Shown here in pieces: positions 32,547 to 44,009 of a DNA stretch of 64,000 nt. A model generated the notes under the pieces. It worked only from the letters and a program-made list of their open reading frames with translations. It made no database searches and was not told the DNA's origin. Source of the DNA: an uncultured Holophaga sp. (GTDB lineage: Bacteria > Acidobacteriota > Holophagae > Holophagales > Holophagaceae); contig OY761614.1 of assembly GCA_963664825.1 (NCBI GenBank), forward strand, positions 992,001-1,056,000, read 5' to 3'. Positions within the stretch are counted from its first letter, which is position 1; each line of letters begins with the position of its first letter. The position numbers and the translations under genes were made by a program.

Positions 32547-33425
32547 TTACCGGACGCGGATACTGCCGTTGGTGGTGGCGAGGGTGATCCTCTGGGAACG
32601 GCCTGGCACCTTCAGGTGGGCGCTGTGCTTGGAGAGATCAATCACCTGGGCGCCGGGCAGCTTCACCTCCAGGCTGCCATTGCTGTTCGAGGCTTGCAGT
32701 TCGCCGCTGGCCTTCCCCAATTCCACCTCGATGGACCCGTTGGTGGTCTCCAGGGCGATGCCCTCGCCCCAGCCATCGAGATTCCGGGCCCGGATGGACC
32801 CGTTGGTGGTCTCCATCCGAATGCCGCCCTCCACCTCCTCGAGGATGATCCGCCCATTGGTCGTGCCGCCCTGGATGCGGGCCCGCAATTTCAGGGCCTC
32901 GATGGTCCCATTGGTGGTATCGGCGTGGACCTCCCCTGAGATTTCGCGGACCTTGATATCCCCGTTGGTGGTCTCGCAATTGGCAAACCCATCGAGGGCG
33001 GTCACCGTGAGCGTCCCGTTGGTCGTGCGGAAATGGGCCAGGAGCCTGCGGGGCACACTCAGGGTCATCTCGCAGCGGGGACTCTGCACGAAGCCGATCC
33101 CAAAGGTCCATTTGGGCTGCTGGAAGAGGGCTTCGATATCGAGATCCTGCCCCTTGCGCTGCAGGACGAGCTGGATCCTCCGGCGCTCGGTGTCCCGGAT
33201 CTCGGCCGTGAGGGCGACTTCTTCCCGGTCCCAGCCCGTCACGTGGATACCACCGTTCCGGTTCTTCACCCAGAGCTTGGAACCAAAGTTCAGCTTCTCC
33301 GTGCGCCTCTCGGTCCGGGTATTGCCCGTCATGGAGGGCGCAGGGGGAGGGGTCGGCACCTGGGCCGCCAGGGCGCCACAGACCAGAAGGGCCCCCAGAG
33401 TCACGGAAACGCGAGCGGATTTCAT
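32547..33425 (-). CDS. DUF4097/adhesin-like beta-strand repeat protein, exported
   Basis: Signal peptide; repeated TTNGxI motifs. Confidence 0.8.
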   Translation of the reverse strand: MKSARVSVTLGALLVCGALAAQVPTPPPAPSMTGNTRTERRTEKLNFGSKLWVKNRNGGIHVTGWDREEVALTAEIRDTERRRIQLVLQRKGQDLDIEALFQQPKWTFGIGFVQSPRCEMTLSVPRRLLAHFRTTNGTLTVTALDGFANCETTNGDIKVREISGEVHADTTNGTIEALKLRARIQGGTTNGRIILEEVEGGIRMETTNGSIRARNLDGWGEGIALETTNGSIEVELGKASGELQASNSNGSLEVKLPGAQVIDLSKHSAHLKVPGRSQRITLATTNGSIRVR

Positions 33426-33637
33426 GGCCTCTCCCTTGGAAAAGAACCGGTACGACCCCGGACATATGTAAAACGCACGAACCCTCAAATAGATTAGCAA
33501 GGGCTGGAGGATCCCAGGACTTCCGAGTGCGTCCCAACACAGGGGGCGGGCTCGTGTACACTCTGGGCGAGAAGGCCTCCGGACCGGCCTGGCCGGGATT
33601 CCAGGGGACGAGCCGCGGCTATCACGAGGTACGTGCA

Positions 33638-34096
33638 ATGCAGATTTCCCTCCACCTCCTCCCCCACGGTGCAGGCCTTCCCCTGCCTGAATACGCCACG
33701 GCCCATGCGGCCGGCATGGATCTCAGGGCCGCCATTCCCGAAGGAGAGACCTGGGCGCTGGAGGCCGGAGAGCGGCGTCTGGTGCCCACGGGCATCACCC
33801 TCGCCGTGCCCGTGGGCTTCGAGGCCCAGGTGCGCCCCCGTTCGGGGCTCGCCCTGCGCCACGGCGTCACCGTGCTCAACGCGCCGGGCACCATCGATGC
33901 CGATTATCGCGGCGAAGTGGCGGTCCTCCTCATCAACCACGGCCTGGAGCCCTTCGAGATCCGCCGGGGGGATCGCATCGCGCAACTGCTGGTGGCACCG
34001 GTGGCCGTGTGGGAATGGGAGTTCGAAACGCAGCTCGCCGCCCTCGGCAAAACCGAGCGCGGCGAGGGAGGCTACGGATCTACAGGCCGCAGCTGA
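33638..34096 (+). CDS. dut: dUTP diphosphatase
   Basis: [32 protein letters not shown]. Confidence 0.97.
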   Translation: MQISLHLLPHGAGLPLPEYATAHAAGMDLRAAIPEGETWALEAGERRLVPTGITLAVPVGFEAQVRPRSGLALRHGVTVLNAPGTIDADYRGEVAVLLINHGLEPFEIRRGDRIAQLLVAPVAVWEWEFETQLAALGKTERGEGGYGSTGRS

Positions 34097-34105
34097 AGGG
34101 AAGAA

Positions 34106-34699
34106 CTACTTCTTCTTCGGAGCGGGCTTGGCTGAAGACTTGGCGGCTGCGGGCTTCTGGGCCGACTTGTCGGCATCTGGCGCACCGTTCTCATACTTCT
34201 TGTCGTAGCGCTTGGCTAGTTCGTCCGAGAAGGAGGAGATGGCGGCGGCATCCACAGGGATCATGATCTGCTGGTTCCACTGGAAGAGCATCTGGAGCTT
34301 CAGGTCCTTGGCCAGATCCATCAGAATGGGGCCGATCTCCTGGTTGAACTGGCCCATGGCCTTCTGCTCTGCCTTCTGGAACTCCGCCTGGCTATCCTCC
34401 TGGAGGCGCTTGAAACCCAATTCGCCATCCTGGAATTCGCGCTGCAGCTTGGCCCGTCCCTCTTCGGAAAGGGCAGGAGACTTGATCTGCTGCTCCAGCT
34501 TCTGCAGCTCCTCGGCCTTGGCCTTGACCTTCTCGGTGAGGGTCTTGTTGAGCACCTCCAGTTCGGCAAAGACCTTCTTGGCGCGCACCGAGGTTTCGAT
34601 GACCCGTCCGGGATGGAAAACCCCAAGGCGGGTGAGAGGCTCCTGGGCGAGAAGGGGAATCGCGGCAGCCAGGGCCAGGAGGGTGACGAAACGGCGCAT
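34106..34699 (-). CDS. skp: OmpH/Skp periplasmic chaperone
   Basis: Signal peptide plus long coiled coil, directly downstream of bamA. Confidence 0.85.
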   Translation of the reverse strand: MRRFVTLLALAAAIPLLAQEPLTRLGVFHPGRVIETSVRAKKVFAELEVLNKTLTEKVKAKAEELQKLEQQIKSPALSEEGRAKLQREFQDGELGFKRLQEDSQAEFQKAEQKAMGQFNQEIGPILMDLAKDLKLQMLFQWNQQIMIPVDAAAISSFSDELAKRYDKKYENGAPDADKSAQKPAAAKSSAKPAPKKK

Positions 34700-34757
34700 G
34701 AGAAACTCCGAAGAAAGAACCAGCTTAGCGCAGCGACCGAGGATGTGTCGTCGGGGA

Positions 34758-37340
34758 TCAGAAGGTGGTCCCGATGCTGAATTGGAAATCGGTCCTGGAT
34801 TCGGTATCGAAGGGATAGGGGTTCAGCTTCTTGGACCAGATCAGGCGCAGGGGAGCCGGGCTGATGGGCAGGAAGAAGCGGAACTCGATCCCGGCTGAGC
34901 GCACCAGGGTGGGATTCCGGTAGGTCACGGCATTCCCGTAGGAGTCGTTGCCCTTGACCAGATCCCGACTGAAGACCGAGGTGCCCGGCGCCCAGGCGTT
35001 GCCGGCATCGTAGAAGAGCACCGTGCGGAACTGATCGGCGATCTTGAATTGGTATTCGAAATTGGCAATCAGCTGTTTGTTTCCCCCTACCACCACCAAC
35101 TGGGTGTTGCTGTCCGTGTAGGCACTGCCCACCTGACCGTAGCGGTAGCCGCGGATGCTGTTCTCACCCCCGGGCCGGTACATCTCCCAGATCGGGAGGC
35201 TTTCATGGCTGAGGTTGCGCAGGTAACCATAGGTGATATTGGCCGCGAAGATATGGCGCTCGGCGATATTGCCGATCTTGGTGAACTCCCAGGTGGCCCG
35301 GTAGAAGGGTTTGTCGGTGCCGAACTGCCAGCCACCATACTCCAGGCTCATACCCAGCTTGGTGCCCGACGTGGGTTTGAAGGGGTGATTGACCGTGCTG
35401 TAGGTGAGGCTCTGATTGATGGAGGAGGTGAGCTGAGGGGTGCTGGAATCCCGGTAGTAGTAGTTCTGCCCGCCCTCGATGCGCATGACTCGGAAGTTGT
35501 AGCCCACGGCATAGCTCGTGAAAAAGGCCCAGCGCTGCCCCGGGAAGAAGGTGCTCAGGCGCGTGCCCGTGGAAAGGCCCAGGCCCCGGGTGTACTGCTT
35601 GTAGGCGTTGGCCGTGCCCACGCGAGATGCATCGTAGTCCGTGGTGCCATAGGAGACCGAGGCCGACATGGAGTAGGGCTTATCGAAGATGTAGGGCTCC
35701 ATGAAGGAGAGCGTGACGTTCCGCTGGTACTTGCCCCCGTTGTAGCTGAGCCCCAGAGTCTCACCGTTGCCACCCAGGTTCTTGGTGGAGAAGCTGGCCC
35801 CCAGACTGAACCCGAAGAGCGATCCGTAGCCCCCCTGGAACAGCAGTTCGTTGACACCGGACTCCTCGCCCTTGATCTTGATATCCACCAGGGGTTTTTC
35901 GGGATCGGGCTTGATATCGGGCTCCTGGTTCTTCACATCGAAGAAGCCAAGCTGGCCAAGACCCGTGAAGGAATCCTTGAAGCCTTCCATGCTGAAGGGA
36001 TCGCCTTCCTTCACCATCAGGGAACGCCGGAGGACCTTGTCCTTGGTGGTGGTGTTGCCCTCGAAGGTGATCCGCCGAATTGTGTAGGGTTCCCCCTCCT
36101 CCAGCTTGAGGGTCGTGTCCACCTTCTTGACCCCGCCCTCCTCCCGGACCTCCAGCTTCTTGTCGGCTCGGAACATGATGTAGCTCAGGTTCGAATAGGT
36201 CTCGCGGATCTTGTCCACACCCTTATTGAGGGCATCGAGATCGAAGGGCCTCAGGTCCTTCGAGGGCAGATCGGCCGCGGAGGGTTTCAGATCCAGGAAC
36301 TTGGCGATCATGGAGCGGTTGTCCCGCTTGGCCTCGGCGATCTTCAGCCTGAGATAGTTGACGCCGGCCTCGTTCTTGAAGAGCTTGTTGTTGCCCTCGA
36401 GCTTGAGGCGGCCCTCATAGAACTTCTCGCCCTCCAGAATCGGAACGGTGAGGGTGGCTCGCATATCGTACTTGGGGGACTTGGCCTCCGCGATCCGCTT
36501 CACGTTCTTCTTCTTCTGCCGGGATGTCGTGAAGTCGTTCACCTCGATGGTGGGTTGGCCCACGAAGACATCCTTGTAGCCCTGGCGCCAGTATTCCTTC
36601 TTGATGTTCTGGAGGTCGTCCTCGAGGTTCTTGTCCACCAGCAGATCGTGGGAGGTAAGCCAGCTCCACATCCAGTGCTGGCGGGTCTTTTCCATGGCCC
36701 CCCGCAGATGAGAGCTGCTCATGAGTTTATTGCCCCGGAAAACCACCTTGTAGATCTTGACCTTGCCGCCTTCCTTGATATCGAAGACCAGCCGGGCTAA
36801 GCCTCCGCCCAGGGGTTCCAGCGTCACGTCGATCACGGGATTTCGGAAGCCCTTCTCGGCGCACTGTTCGACAATGAGACCCTTCACCTTCCGGGTGGCG
36901 TCCGGATCGTAGACCGCGTTCTCGAGGATGGTGAGCTTCTTCTCTTTGATCTTGTCCTTGAGATTGCTGAGGCCCACTTCCGTGCCGCCCCGGTAATCGA
37001 TCTCCTTGACGATGGGCCGCTCCGCCACGCGAATGACGAGCTTTTTCCCATCCTTGGTGTCCTCGACCTCGAACTTGATGTCTTCGAAGGCCTTGGAATC
37101 CCAGAGCTTCTCCAGGATGGAGGTGAAGTCCAGCGTCCGGAGATCATCCCCCACCTTCAGGCCGGCCTTGAAGATCACCGTCTCGGGCGAGAGCTTCTGG
37201 GCTCCCAGCACCTCAATCTTGGAGATGACTTCGGAGTCCTGGGCCAGGACGGGGAGGGAGTGGAGGCCCGCTACCAGGGCGAGGGGCAACAATCCACTGC
37301 ACAGAAAGGGTCTTCGCCGGGCGTCGTTCGGAATGGGCAT
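34758..37340 (-). CDS. bamA: Outer membrane protein assembly factor BamA
   Basis: POTRA repeats (GNTTTKDKVLRR), GGENSIRGY, C-terminal FQFSIGTTF. Confidence 0.95.
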   Translation of the reverse strand: MPIPNDARRRPFLCSGLLPLALVAGLHSLPVLAQDSEVISKIEVLGAQKLSPETVIFKAGLKVGDDLRTLDFTSILEKLWDSKAFEDIKFEVEDTKDGKKLVIRVAERPIVKEIDYRGGTEVGLSNLKDKIKEKKLTILENAVYDPDATRKVKGLIVEQCAEKGFRNPVIDVTLEPLGGGLARLVFDIKEGGKVKIYKVVFRGNKLMSSSHLRGAMEKTRQHWMWSWLTSHDLLVDKNLEDDLQNIKKEYWRQGYKDVFVGQPTIEVNDFTTSRQKKKNVKRIAEAKSPKYDMRATLTVPILEGEKFYEGRLKLEGNNKLFKNEAGVNYLRLKIAEAKRDNRSMIAKFLDLKPSAADLPSKDLRPFDLDALNKGVDKIRETYSNLSYIMFRADKKLEVREEGGVKKVDTTLKLEEGEPYTIRRITFEGNTTTKDKVLRRSLMVKEGDPFSMEGFKDSFTGLGQLGFFDVKNQEPDIKPDPEKPLVDIKIKGEESGVNELLFQGGYGSLFGFSLGASFSTKNLGGNGETLGLSYNGGKYQRNVTLSFMEPYIFDKPYSMSASVSYGTTDYDASRVGTANAYKQYTRGLGLSTGTRLSTFFPGQRWAFFTSYAVGYNFRVMRIEGGQNYYYRDSSTPQLTSSINQSLTYSTVNHPFKPTSGTKLGMSLEYGGWQFGTDKPFYRATWEFTKIGNIAERHIFAANITYGYLRNLSHESLPIWEMYRPGGENSIRGYRYGQVGSAYTDSNTQLVVVGGNKQLIANFEYQFKIADQFRTVLFYDAGNAWAPGTSVFSRDLVKGNDSYGNAVTYRNPTLVRSAGIEFRFFLPISPAPLRLIWSKKLNPYPFDTESRTDFQFSIGTTF

Positions 37341-37466
37341 TCAGGATCCAGAGAGAGGGGGGTTCTTTCGTCAAGAAGTCACGGACCCCCGCATGAGGGA
37401 GGCGCTTCGCTCATTCATTCTAGGTGCGTTCCCCGCAAAAAAGGGTTCACCTCTCCAGAGAAAGGT

Positions 37467-39923
37467 TCATTCCGGGGGAACGGCGCATGCGGGCTCGCTG
37501 TGGGACTGGGCCGTGAAGGCCGGAACCAGATGGTCCTCGGCCAGATCGAAGAACACGTTGCCCGCCGGGACGCTATCCTGGGCCACCATGAGCTCCGCCA
37601 AGGGATCCTCCACCTGCTTCTGAATGGCCCGCCTGAGAGGCCGCGCCCCGTAGGAGCGATCCCGGGCCGTGGTCTTCACGATGAAGTCCACGGCCGCATC
37701 CGAGAGGTCCACCACGAGGTTGTGCTTCTGAAGGGTGATATTGAGGTCCCCGATGAGGAGGCGAACGATCTTGCGGAGCTCCTCATCGCCCAGGCGGCCG
37801 AAGACCACGATCTCATCAATGCGATTCAGGAACTCTGGCGAGAAGGTGCGCTTCAGCACTTTCAGAGCGTCCCCCGTCTTCGCGTCCGGGCGCGTGTCTT
37901 GCTCCACGAATCCGAGGCTCTTGTCGGCGAGCAGTTCCCGGCTGCCCACATTGGAAGTCATGATGATCAGGGTGTTCTTGAAATCCACCACATTGCCGAA
38001 GGCGTCCGTGGCGATGCCATCGTCGAAAATCTGAAGCAGGATATTGATCAGATCGGGATGGGCCTTCTCCACTTCGTCGAAGAGCAACACGCAATACGGA
38101 TTGCGACGCACCCGGTCCGTGAGCAGACCGCCCTCCTCATAGCCCACGTACCCGGGAGGGGCGCCGAGAAGCTTGGAGACCTCGTGTTTCTCCATGAATT
38201 CGCTCATATCGAAGCGGATCATCTTCTTGGGATCCCCGAAGAGGAAGGCCGCGAGGTTCTTGGCCAGCTCCGTCTTGCCGACCCCCGTGGGCCCCAGGAA
38301 GAGGAAACTGCCCATGGGACGGTTGGGGTTCTTGAGGCCCGTACGGGCCCGGCGCACGGCCCGACTCACCGCCGAGACCGCCTCCTGCTGCCCGATGACC
38401 CGGTCGTTGAGGTGATCCTCCATGTGGGAGAGATTGGCCTTGTCCTCGTTCTTGAGGGCCTTCACCAGGATCCCCGTCCAGGAGGCCACCACGTCCTCGA
38501 TATCCTGCTCGGTGACCAGGGCGAACTGCTCGTAGTCCTCCTCGCTGAGTTCCTGGGTCGAGTGCTGGATCTTCTCCCGGAGCTGAACCTCCTTCTGACG
38601 CAGCAGGACGGCCCGCTCGAAATCACGGTTCAGGACGGCCTCGTTCATCTCGTTGATGACACGGTGCAGCTCCTCTTCCACTTTGTTGGAATCGCCCCCC
38701 CCGGGCCCCACCCGCAGCTTCACCCGAGCCCCGGCCTCGTCCAGCAGATCGATGGCCTTATCGGGCAGGAAGCGGTCCGTGATGTAGCGGTTCGAGAGAT
38801 AGACGGCCGCCTGGAGGGTCAGCTGAGCGTAGCGGACCCTGTGGAAGAGTTCGTAGCGGCCGCGGATGCCTTCGAGGATCCGCAGGCTCTCGGCCTCGTC
38901 GGGGGGGTTCACGTTCACCGGCTGGAAGCGTCGCACCAGGGACCGGTCCTTGTCGATGTACTTGGCGAACTCCTTGTGGGTTGTGGCCCCAATGCACTGG
39001 ATTTCCCCCCGGGAGAGGGCGGGCTTCAGGATATTGGCTGCGTCCAGGCTGCCCTCGGCGGCGCCGGTGCCGATGATCGAATGGATCTCGTCGATGAAGA
39101 GCACCACAGAGGTGTCCTTGGAGGCCTCCTGGATGATCGACTTGAGGCGCTCCTCGAACTGGCCCCGGTACTTGGTGCCGGCCACCACCAGACTGAGATC
39201 CAGCGCATAGATGCGCTTATCCAAGAGGCTCGGCGGCACGTGCCCCTCGAAGATCCTCTGGGCCAGTCCCTCGACAATGGCCGTCTTGCCCACGCCTGCC
39301 TCACCCAGCAGGATCGGATTATTCTTGCGGCGGCGGCTGAGGATCTGGATGATGCGCTCGATCTCCGTTTCCCGGCCGATCAAGTTATCGAAGATCCCCC
39401 GTTCCGCCAATTCAGAGAGGTTGCGGGCGAATTCCGACAGGAGCGGGTGTTCCTTCTTCTTTTTCGAGATCGTCTCTTCCTTGGTGGCTTCCAGCAGAAT
39501 CTCCTTGGCGGCGATGAGATCGGCCCCCATCTCCTTCAAGAGCCGACCCGCAAGGCCCTGCTCCTCCTTCAGCATCCCCAGCAGCAGATGCTCGGCCCCG
39601 ACATGCTTGTGGTTGAGCTTGGCGCTTTCGTTGGCCGCGTGCTGGAGGATGCGCTTGACCTCCTCCTCCATGGGGATATCGATGCTGGTGGAACTCGGCG
39701 TGACCTTCTTATCCCGGGGGGTGAGCGCGGCGATGAGGCGCTCTCGGAGCAGGCTGGTCTGGACGCCCATGCGCTCCAGGAGTCCGATGGAGGTCTTCTC
39801 CGCCTCCCGGAGCAGTCCCAGGAGCAGATGGCCGCTGCCGATGCTCTCGGCGCCGAACTGGCTGGCCTCGTAGCGCGCGAAGAACATCACGCGACGGGCT
39901 TTTTCTGTGAACTTTTCGAACAC
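37467..39923 (-). CDS. clpC: ATP-dependent Clp protease ATPase, ClpC-type
   Basis: GTG start FEKFTEKARR Clp_N domain; GEAGVGKT and GPTGVGKT; UVR-like middle domain; LGF loop. Confidence 0.92.
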   Translation of the reverse strand: MFEKFTEKARRVMFFARYEASQFGAESIGSGHLLLGLLREAEKTSIGLLERMGVQTSLLRERLIAALTPRDKKVTPSSTSIDIPMEEEVKRILQHAANESAKLNHKHVGAEHLLLGMLKEEQGLAGRLLKEMGADLIAAKEILLEATKEETISKKKKEHPLLSEFARNLSELAERGIFDNLIGRETEIERIIQILSRRRKNNPILLGEAGVGKTAIVEGLAQRIFEGHVPPSLLDKRIYALDLSLVVAGTKYRGQFEERLKSIIQEASKDTSVVLFIDEIHSIIGTGAAEGSLDAANILKPALSRGEIQCIGATTHKEFAKYIDKDRSLVRRFQPVNVNPPDEAESLRILEGIRGRYELFHRVRYAQLTLQAAVYLSNRYITDRFLPDKAIDLLDEAGARVKLRVGPGGGDSNKVEEELHRVINEMNEAVLNRDFERAVLLRQKEVQLREKIQHSTQELSEEDYEQFALVTEQDIEDVVASWTGILVKALKNEDKANLSHMEDHLNDRVIGQQEAVSAVSRAVRRARTGLKNPNRPMGSFLFLGPTGVGKTELAKNLAAFLFGDPKKMIRFDMSEFMEKHEVSKLLGAPPGYVGYEEGGLLTDRVRRNPYCVLLFDEVEKAHPDLINILLQIFDDGIATDAFGNVVDFKNTLIIMTSNVGSRELLADKSLGFVEQDTRPDAKTGDALKVLKRTFSPEFLNRIDEIVVFGRLGDEELRKIVRLLIGDLNITLQKHNLVVDLSDAAVDFIVKTTARDRSYGARPLRRAIQKQVEDPLAELMVAQDSVPAGNVFFDLAEDHLVPAFTAQSHSEPACAVPPE

Positions 39924-40079
39924 AAATCCCCCGGGGCTGGAACTCGAGCGGGACCCCAAGATGGGGTTCCTACCCGGTTGGCTACAGGGTAGCGCCATCC
40001 CTCACCGGTGTCCCCGATCGGGAATTGCGGGTAGGAAGAAAGCGCGCCCGGCGGTAATCTTAAGGGCTGGGAGCCCATC

Positions 40080-41390
40080 ATGATCGATCGTTCTAGGAAC
40101 CTCGCCATCCTCGGACTGCAATGGGGCGACGAAGGCAAGGGCAAGCTCGTGGACCTCCTGAGCGCCCGCTTCCGCCACGTGGTCCGGTTCCAGGGGGGCA
40201 ACAACGCGGGCCACACGGTGGTAGTCGACGGCCAGAGCATCGCGCTCCATCAGGTGCCCAGCGGTGCCCTGCATCCCCAGTGTTTCCTAGTGGTGGGCTC
40301 CGGCGTACTCCTCAACCTCGGGGTGTTCCGCCAGGAGCTGGATCGCTTGTCCCAGCGGGGCGTCGATGTCACAGGGCGCATGCTCATTTCGGACAAGGCC
40401 CACCTCATCCTGCCGCACCACATCGCCCTGGATCAGTGGAGGGAAGGCCGCGCCGGCGCCAGCAAGATCGGCACCACCGGACGCGGCATCGGCCCGGCCT
40501 ACGAGATGAAGGCCGCCCGCATGGGCGTGCGCATGGGTGACCTCAAGCATCCGGAGTTGCTCCAGGAGCGCATCCGGCCCAGCTACGAGGAAGTGCGGCT
40601 CCTGCTGGGGGCCGAGGCCGAACTGCCCAGCATCGAAGCCATCGCCGCTCAGTTGATGGAACAGGCCCAGCCCCTGCTCCCGCTCATCGGGGATATCCAA
40701 GCCCACTTGAGGGAGGCCGACGCCAAGGGCGAGGCCATTCTCTTCGAGGGGGCCCAGGCGACCCTGCTGGATATCGACCACGGCACCTATCCCTTTGTCA
40801 CCAGCTCCAACTGCAGCATCGGCGGCCTCTTCACGGGCACAGGGCTCTCTCACAAGGCCCTGGGATATGTGCTGGGGGTCGCCAAGGCCTATACCACCCG
40901 CGTGGGCGCGGGCCCCATGCCCTCCGAACTCCTGGATGCCTCGGGAGAACGGCTGCGGGAGGTGGGCCGGGAATTCGGAACCACCACCGGCAGGCCCCGG
41001 CGCTGCGGCTGGTTTGACGCGCCCATCACCCGCCACGCCGTGCGCACCAATGGCGTCGATGGCCTGGGCGTCATGAAGCTGGATGTGATGGATGGCTTCC
41101 AGGAAGTGGGTCTGGTCATCGGCTATCGCGACGGCGAGGGGGGCCTAGTGGCCAATCTGCCTTCCTGTGCCCAGGACTGGCTGAGCCTCAAGCCCGAGGT
41201 CCGGATGCACAAGGGATGGAGCCAGCCCACCCGAGGCATCCGGGACCTGAAGCAGCTGCCCAAGGAGGCTCATGCCTACCTGGACGCCCTCGCTGAAGCC
41301 GCCGAGGCCCCCATCGCCTACCTCAGCACGGGCCCGGACCGGGATGAAGGCTTCGCCTGGCCTGGACGATTCCTGAAAGGGATGATCTAG
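40080..41390 (+). CDS. purA: Adenylosuccinate synthase
   Basis: QWGDEGKGK, GGNNAGHT, EFGTTTGRPRRCGWFD. Confidence 0.98.
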   Translation: MIDRSRNLAILGLQWGDEGKGKLVDLLSARFRHVVRFQGGNNAGHTVVVDGQSIALHQVPSGALHPQCFLVVGSGVLLNLGVFRQELDRLSQRGVDVTGRMLISDKAHLILPHHIALDQWREGRAGASKIGTTGRGIGPAYEMKAARMGVRMGDLKHPELLQERIRPSYEEVRLLLGAEAELPSIEAIAAQLMEQAQPLLPLIGDIQAHLREADAKGEAILFEGAQATLLDIDHGTYPFVTSSNCSIGGLFTGTGLSHKALGYVLGVAKAYTTRVGAGPMPSELLDASGERLREVGREFGTTTGRPRRCGWFDAPITRHAVRTNGVDGLGVMKLDVMDGFQEVGLVIGYRDGEGGLVANLPSCAQDWLSLKPEVRMHKGWSQPTRGIRDLKQLPKEAHAYLDALAEAAEAPIAYLSTGPDRDEGFAWPGRFLKGMI

Positions 41391-41500
41391 CAGGACCTGC
41401 GACTCTCACCTGTCATCCCCCCAAAAGGGGGACGGTGGTGATGGCTTGATTCCACACTCAGCGCGCCAGAGGCCAGGGAACCCATTGCTCCACGACGACA

Positions 41501-41530
41501 AAAGAAGCGCCCCTTGCGGGGCGTTTCTTC
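41501..41530 (-). terminator. Intrinsic terminator of the alpha operon
   Basis: CGCCCC-GCAA-GGGGCG-CTTCTTTT on the minus strand after rplQ. Confidence 0.75.
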
Positions 41531-41546
41531 GTTGAAAGCGGAAAAT

Positions 41547-41945
41547 CTACTCCGCGGTTTCCTCGACAACCTTGGGCTCAGGCATGATGTAGTCCACCAT
41601 CTCGATGAGGGCCATGTCCGCCGCGTCGCCGCGACGATGATCGGTCTTGAGGATGCGGGTGTAGCCGCCGGGACGCGCGCTGAAGCGGGCCCGGAATTCG
41701 GCGGAAAAGAGCTTCTGTACCACGGTCTTGGAACCGAGGCGGGCCATGGCCAAACGGCGATTGGCCACGGTGTCGCTCTTGGCGAGGGTGATGAAGGGCT
41801 CCACGTAGCGGCGGAGTTCCTTGGCCTTCACGAGGGTCGTCGAAATGCGCTCATGTTCGATGAACGAGGTCGCGAGGTTCTTCATGAGGGCCTTGCGCTG
41901 GTTGGTATTTCGGCCCAGGCGCTTGCCGGCAACATTGTGACGCAT
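41547..41945 (-). CDS. rplQ: 50S ribosomal protein L17
   Basis: MRH..RPGGYTRILK..RRGDAA. Confidence 0.98.
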   Translation of the reverse strand: MRHNVAGKRLGRNTNQRKALMKNLATSFIEHERISTTLVKAKELRRYVEPFITLAKSDTVANRRLAMARLGSKTVVQKLFSAEFRARFSARPGGYTRILKTDHRRGDAADMALIEMVDYIMPEPKVVEETAE

Positions 41946-41957
41946 GGTCGCGACTCC

Positions 41958-42929
41958 TTAGACTTCCTGTTCGATGCGCATTCCGAGGGAGAGCCCGATG
42001 CGCGCGAGCTCATCCTTGATCTCCTGCAGAGACTTCTTGCCGAAATTCTTGGTCTTCATCAGCTCGGCTTCGGTCTTTTGAACGAGTTCTCCGATGGTGG
42101 CGATATTCGCATTCCGGAGGCAATTGTTGGCCCTCACGGAGAGTTCGAGTTCTTCCACCGACTTGCCCAGCATGTTGTTGACGTTTTCGGTGCTGAGGAT
42201 CGTCTGGCCGGGTTCTTCGTCTTCGACATCCTCGTCCTCGCGGGCGAAGATCATGAAGTGCTCGCGGAGGATCAAGGCGGCGTCACTGACGGCATCCTTG
42301 GGGTCCACCGTCGCATTGGTCCAAACCTGCAACGTGAGTTTCTCATAGTCGGTGCTGTGGCCCACACGAGCGGGCTCGACCTTGTAGTTCACGCGGATGA
42401 TGGGGCTATGGTTGGAATCCATGGGAATCCAGCCCATGCCGAGCTTCTCGTCGATGTTACGGTCGGCCGTGATGAAGCCGCGGCCGTTGCGGATCTGAAT
42501 CTCGATCTCCAGCTCGCCATCCTCACCGAGGGTGGCGATGTGGATATCGGGGTCCAGCACTTCGACATTCTGATTGGTCTGGATCATGCCGGACTTGACC
42601 ACCCCTTCGCCCTTGTGGCGAAGCACGACCACCGCGGAATCCACGTTGTGGAGCGTGAAGGGCACTTCCTTGAGGTTCAGGAGGATGTGAGTGATGTCCT
42701 CCCAGACACCCGGCAGGGTAGTGAATTCGTGCTGCACGCCCTTGATGCGGACGTTGGTTACTGCGGCGCCACGGATGCTGCTCAGCAGCACGCGACGCAA
42801 GGCATGCCCGGCGGTCGTCGCGAAGCCTCGCTCAAACGGATAGGCGACGAACTCGCCGAACTTCTCCGTCTTGGTGGCAGCATTGACTTCCGCGAATCGC
42901 GGGCGCTGGAAATCACTGATGTTCAGCAT
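41958..42929 (-). CDS. rpoA: RNA polymerase alpha subunit
   Basis: [32 protein letters not shown]. Confidence 0.99.
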   Translation of the reverse strand: MLNISDFQRPRFAEVNAATKTEKFGEFVAYPFERGFATTAGHALRRVLLSSIRGAAVTNVRIKGVQHEFTTLPGVWEDITHILLNLKEVPFTLHNVDSAVVVLRHKGEGVVKSGMIQTNQNVEVLDPDIHIATLGEDGELEIEIQIRNGRGFITADRNIDEKLGMGWIPMDSNHSPIIRVNYKVEPARVGHSTDYEKLTLQVWTNATVDPKDAVSDAALILREHFMIFAREDEDVEDEEPGQTILSTENVNNMLGKSVEELELSVRANNCLRNANIATIGELVQKTEAELMKTKNFGKKSLQEIKDELARIGLSLGMRIEQEV

Positions 42930-42939
42930 CCTCGTCCCC

Positions 42940-43572
42940 TTACTTGCTGTAGAGCTCGACGATCAGCTGCTCGTTAATTTCCAGGGGCACATCCTCACGA
43001 GTGGGGACGGCAATCACCTGGCCCTTAAAGGCAGCGGCGTCGAGGGTGAGCCATTTAGGGATTCCACGACCTGCAGCGGTTTCCACGGAGGACTTCACGA
43101 AGTCGTTCAGTTGGGCGCGCTCCGAGAGCTCGATGCTCTGGCCGCTCTTGGTCTGGAAGCTGGGAATATCAACACGGGTACCGTTCACCTTGATGTGTCC
43201 GTGCATGACCATCTGGCGGGCCGATGCGCGGCTGGGAGAAAAGCCCAGGCGGTAGATCACGTTATCCAGGCGGCTCTCCAGGAAGGCCAGCAGGTTGTGG
43301 CCGGTCTGTCCCTTCTTGCTCTCCGCCTTCTCGAAGTAGAGCCGGAACTGGTTCTCGAGCACACCGTAAATGCGCTTGACCTTCTGCTTCTCCCGAAGCT
43401 GCAGGCTGTAGCCAGTGGGCTTCTTCATCTTGCCCGCGCCGTGCTGGCCGGGGATCTTGCCCTTGCGGGTTTCAAAGGCGCACTTCTCTTTGAAGCAGCG
43501 CTCACCCTTGAGATACAGTTTCATCGCCTCGCGTCGGCAGAGGCGGCATACAGCGTCACAGTATCGTGCCAT
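42940..43572 (-). CDS. rpsD: 30S ribosomal protein S4
   Basis: QLREKQK, LESRLDN, IVELYSK. Confidence 0.98.
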   Translation of the reverse strand: MARYCDAVCRLCRREAMKLYLKGERCFKEKCAFETRKGKIPGQHGAGKMKKPTGYSLQLREKQKVKRIYGVLENQFRLYFEKAESKKGQTGHNLLAFLESRLDNVIYRLGFSPSRASARQMVMHGHIKVNGTRVDIPSFQTKSGQSIELSERAQLNDFVKSSVETAAGRGIPKWLTLDAAAFKGQVIAVPTREDVPLEINEQLIVELYSK

Positions 43573-43587
43573 GTCTCTCCTCCTCTC

Positions 43588-43995
43588 TTAAACCCGGCGC
43601 CGTTTGGGGGGCCGGCAACCGTTGTGGGGAATGGGGGTGACGTCGCGGATGCTCGTCACCGAAATGCCTGCGGCGTTCAGAGCGCGAATCGCGCTCTCGC
43701 GGCCTGCGCCGGGCCCCTTCACGCGGACATCCACCGAGCGGACGCCCTGTTCCTTGGCGGCCTCTGCGGCCACGCCGGATGCGATCTGAGCAGCGAAGGG
43801 CGTGCCTTTACGGGTGCCACGAAAGCTCTGGTTCCCGCTGGAAGCCCAGCAGAGCATATTCCCCATCGGATCGGAGATGGAGATGATGGTGTTGTTGAAG
43901 GACGCCTGCACATGGGCAATCCCGTGCGGTACGTTCTTCTTTTCCTTCTTCTTGACCACCTTCTTTCCGGCGGTCTTGGACTGAGTCTTGGCCAT
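43588..43995 (-). CDS. rpsK: 30S ribosomal protein S11
   Basis: [18 protein letters not shown]. Confidence 0.98.
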   Translation of the reverse strand: MAKTQSKTAGKKVVKKKEKKNVPHGIAHVQASFNNTIISISDPMGNMLCWASSGNQSFRGTRKGTPFAAQIASGVAAEAAKEQGVRSVDVRVKGPGAGRESAIRALNAAGISVTSIRDVTPIPHNGCRPPKRRRV

Positions 43996-44009
43996 ATCAG
44001 TTCCTCACC

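Noticed and set aside
32547..33100. Recurrent CCGTTGGTGGT as a CRISPR-like array
   Set aside because: Coding repeats of the TTNG motif within a DUF4097 protein; short and degenerate; no cas genes
37260..39992. Very long antisense ORFs (also 21695-24043, 55905-58337, 12561-14735, 35049-36800, 45297-47219)
   Set aside because: Shadows of high-GC conserved genes; no recognisable motifs
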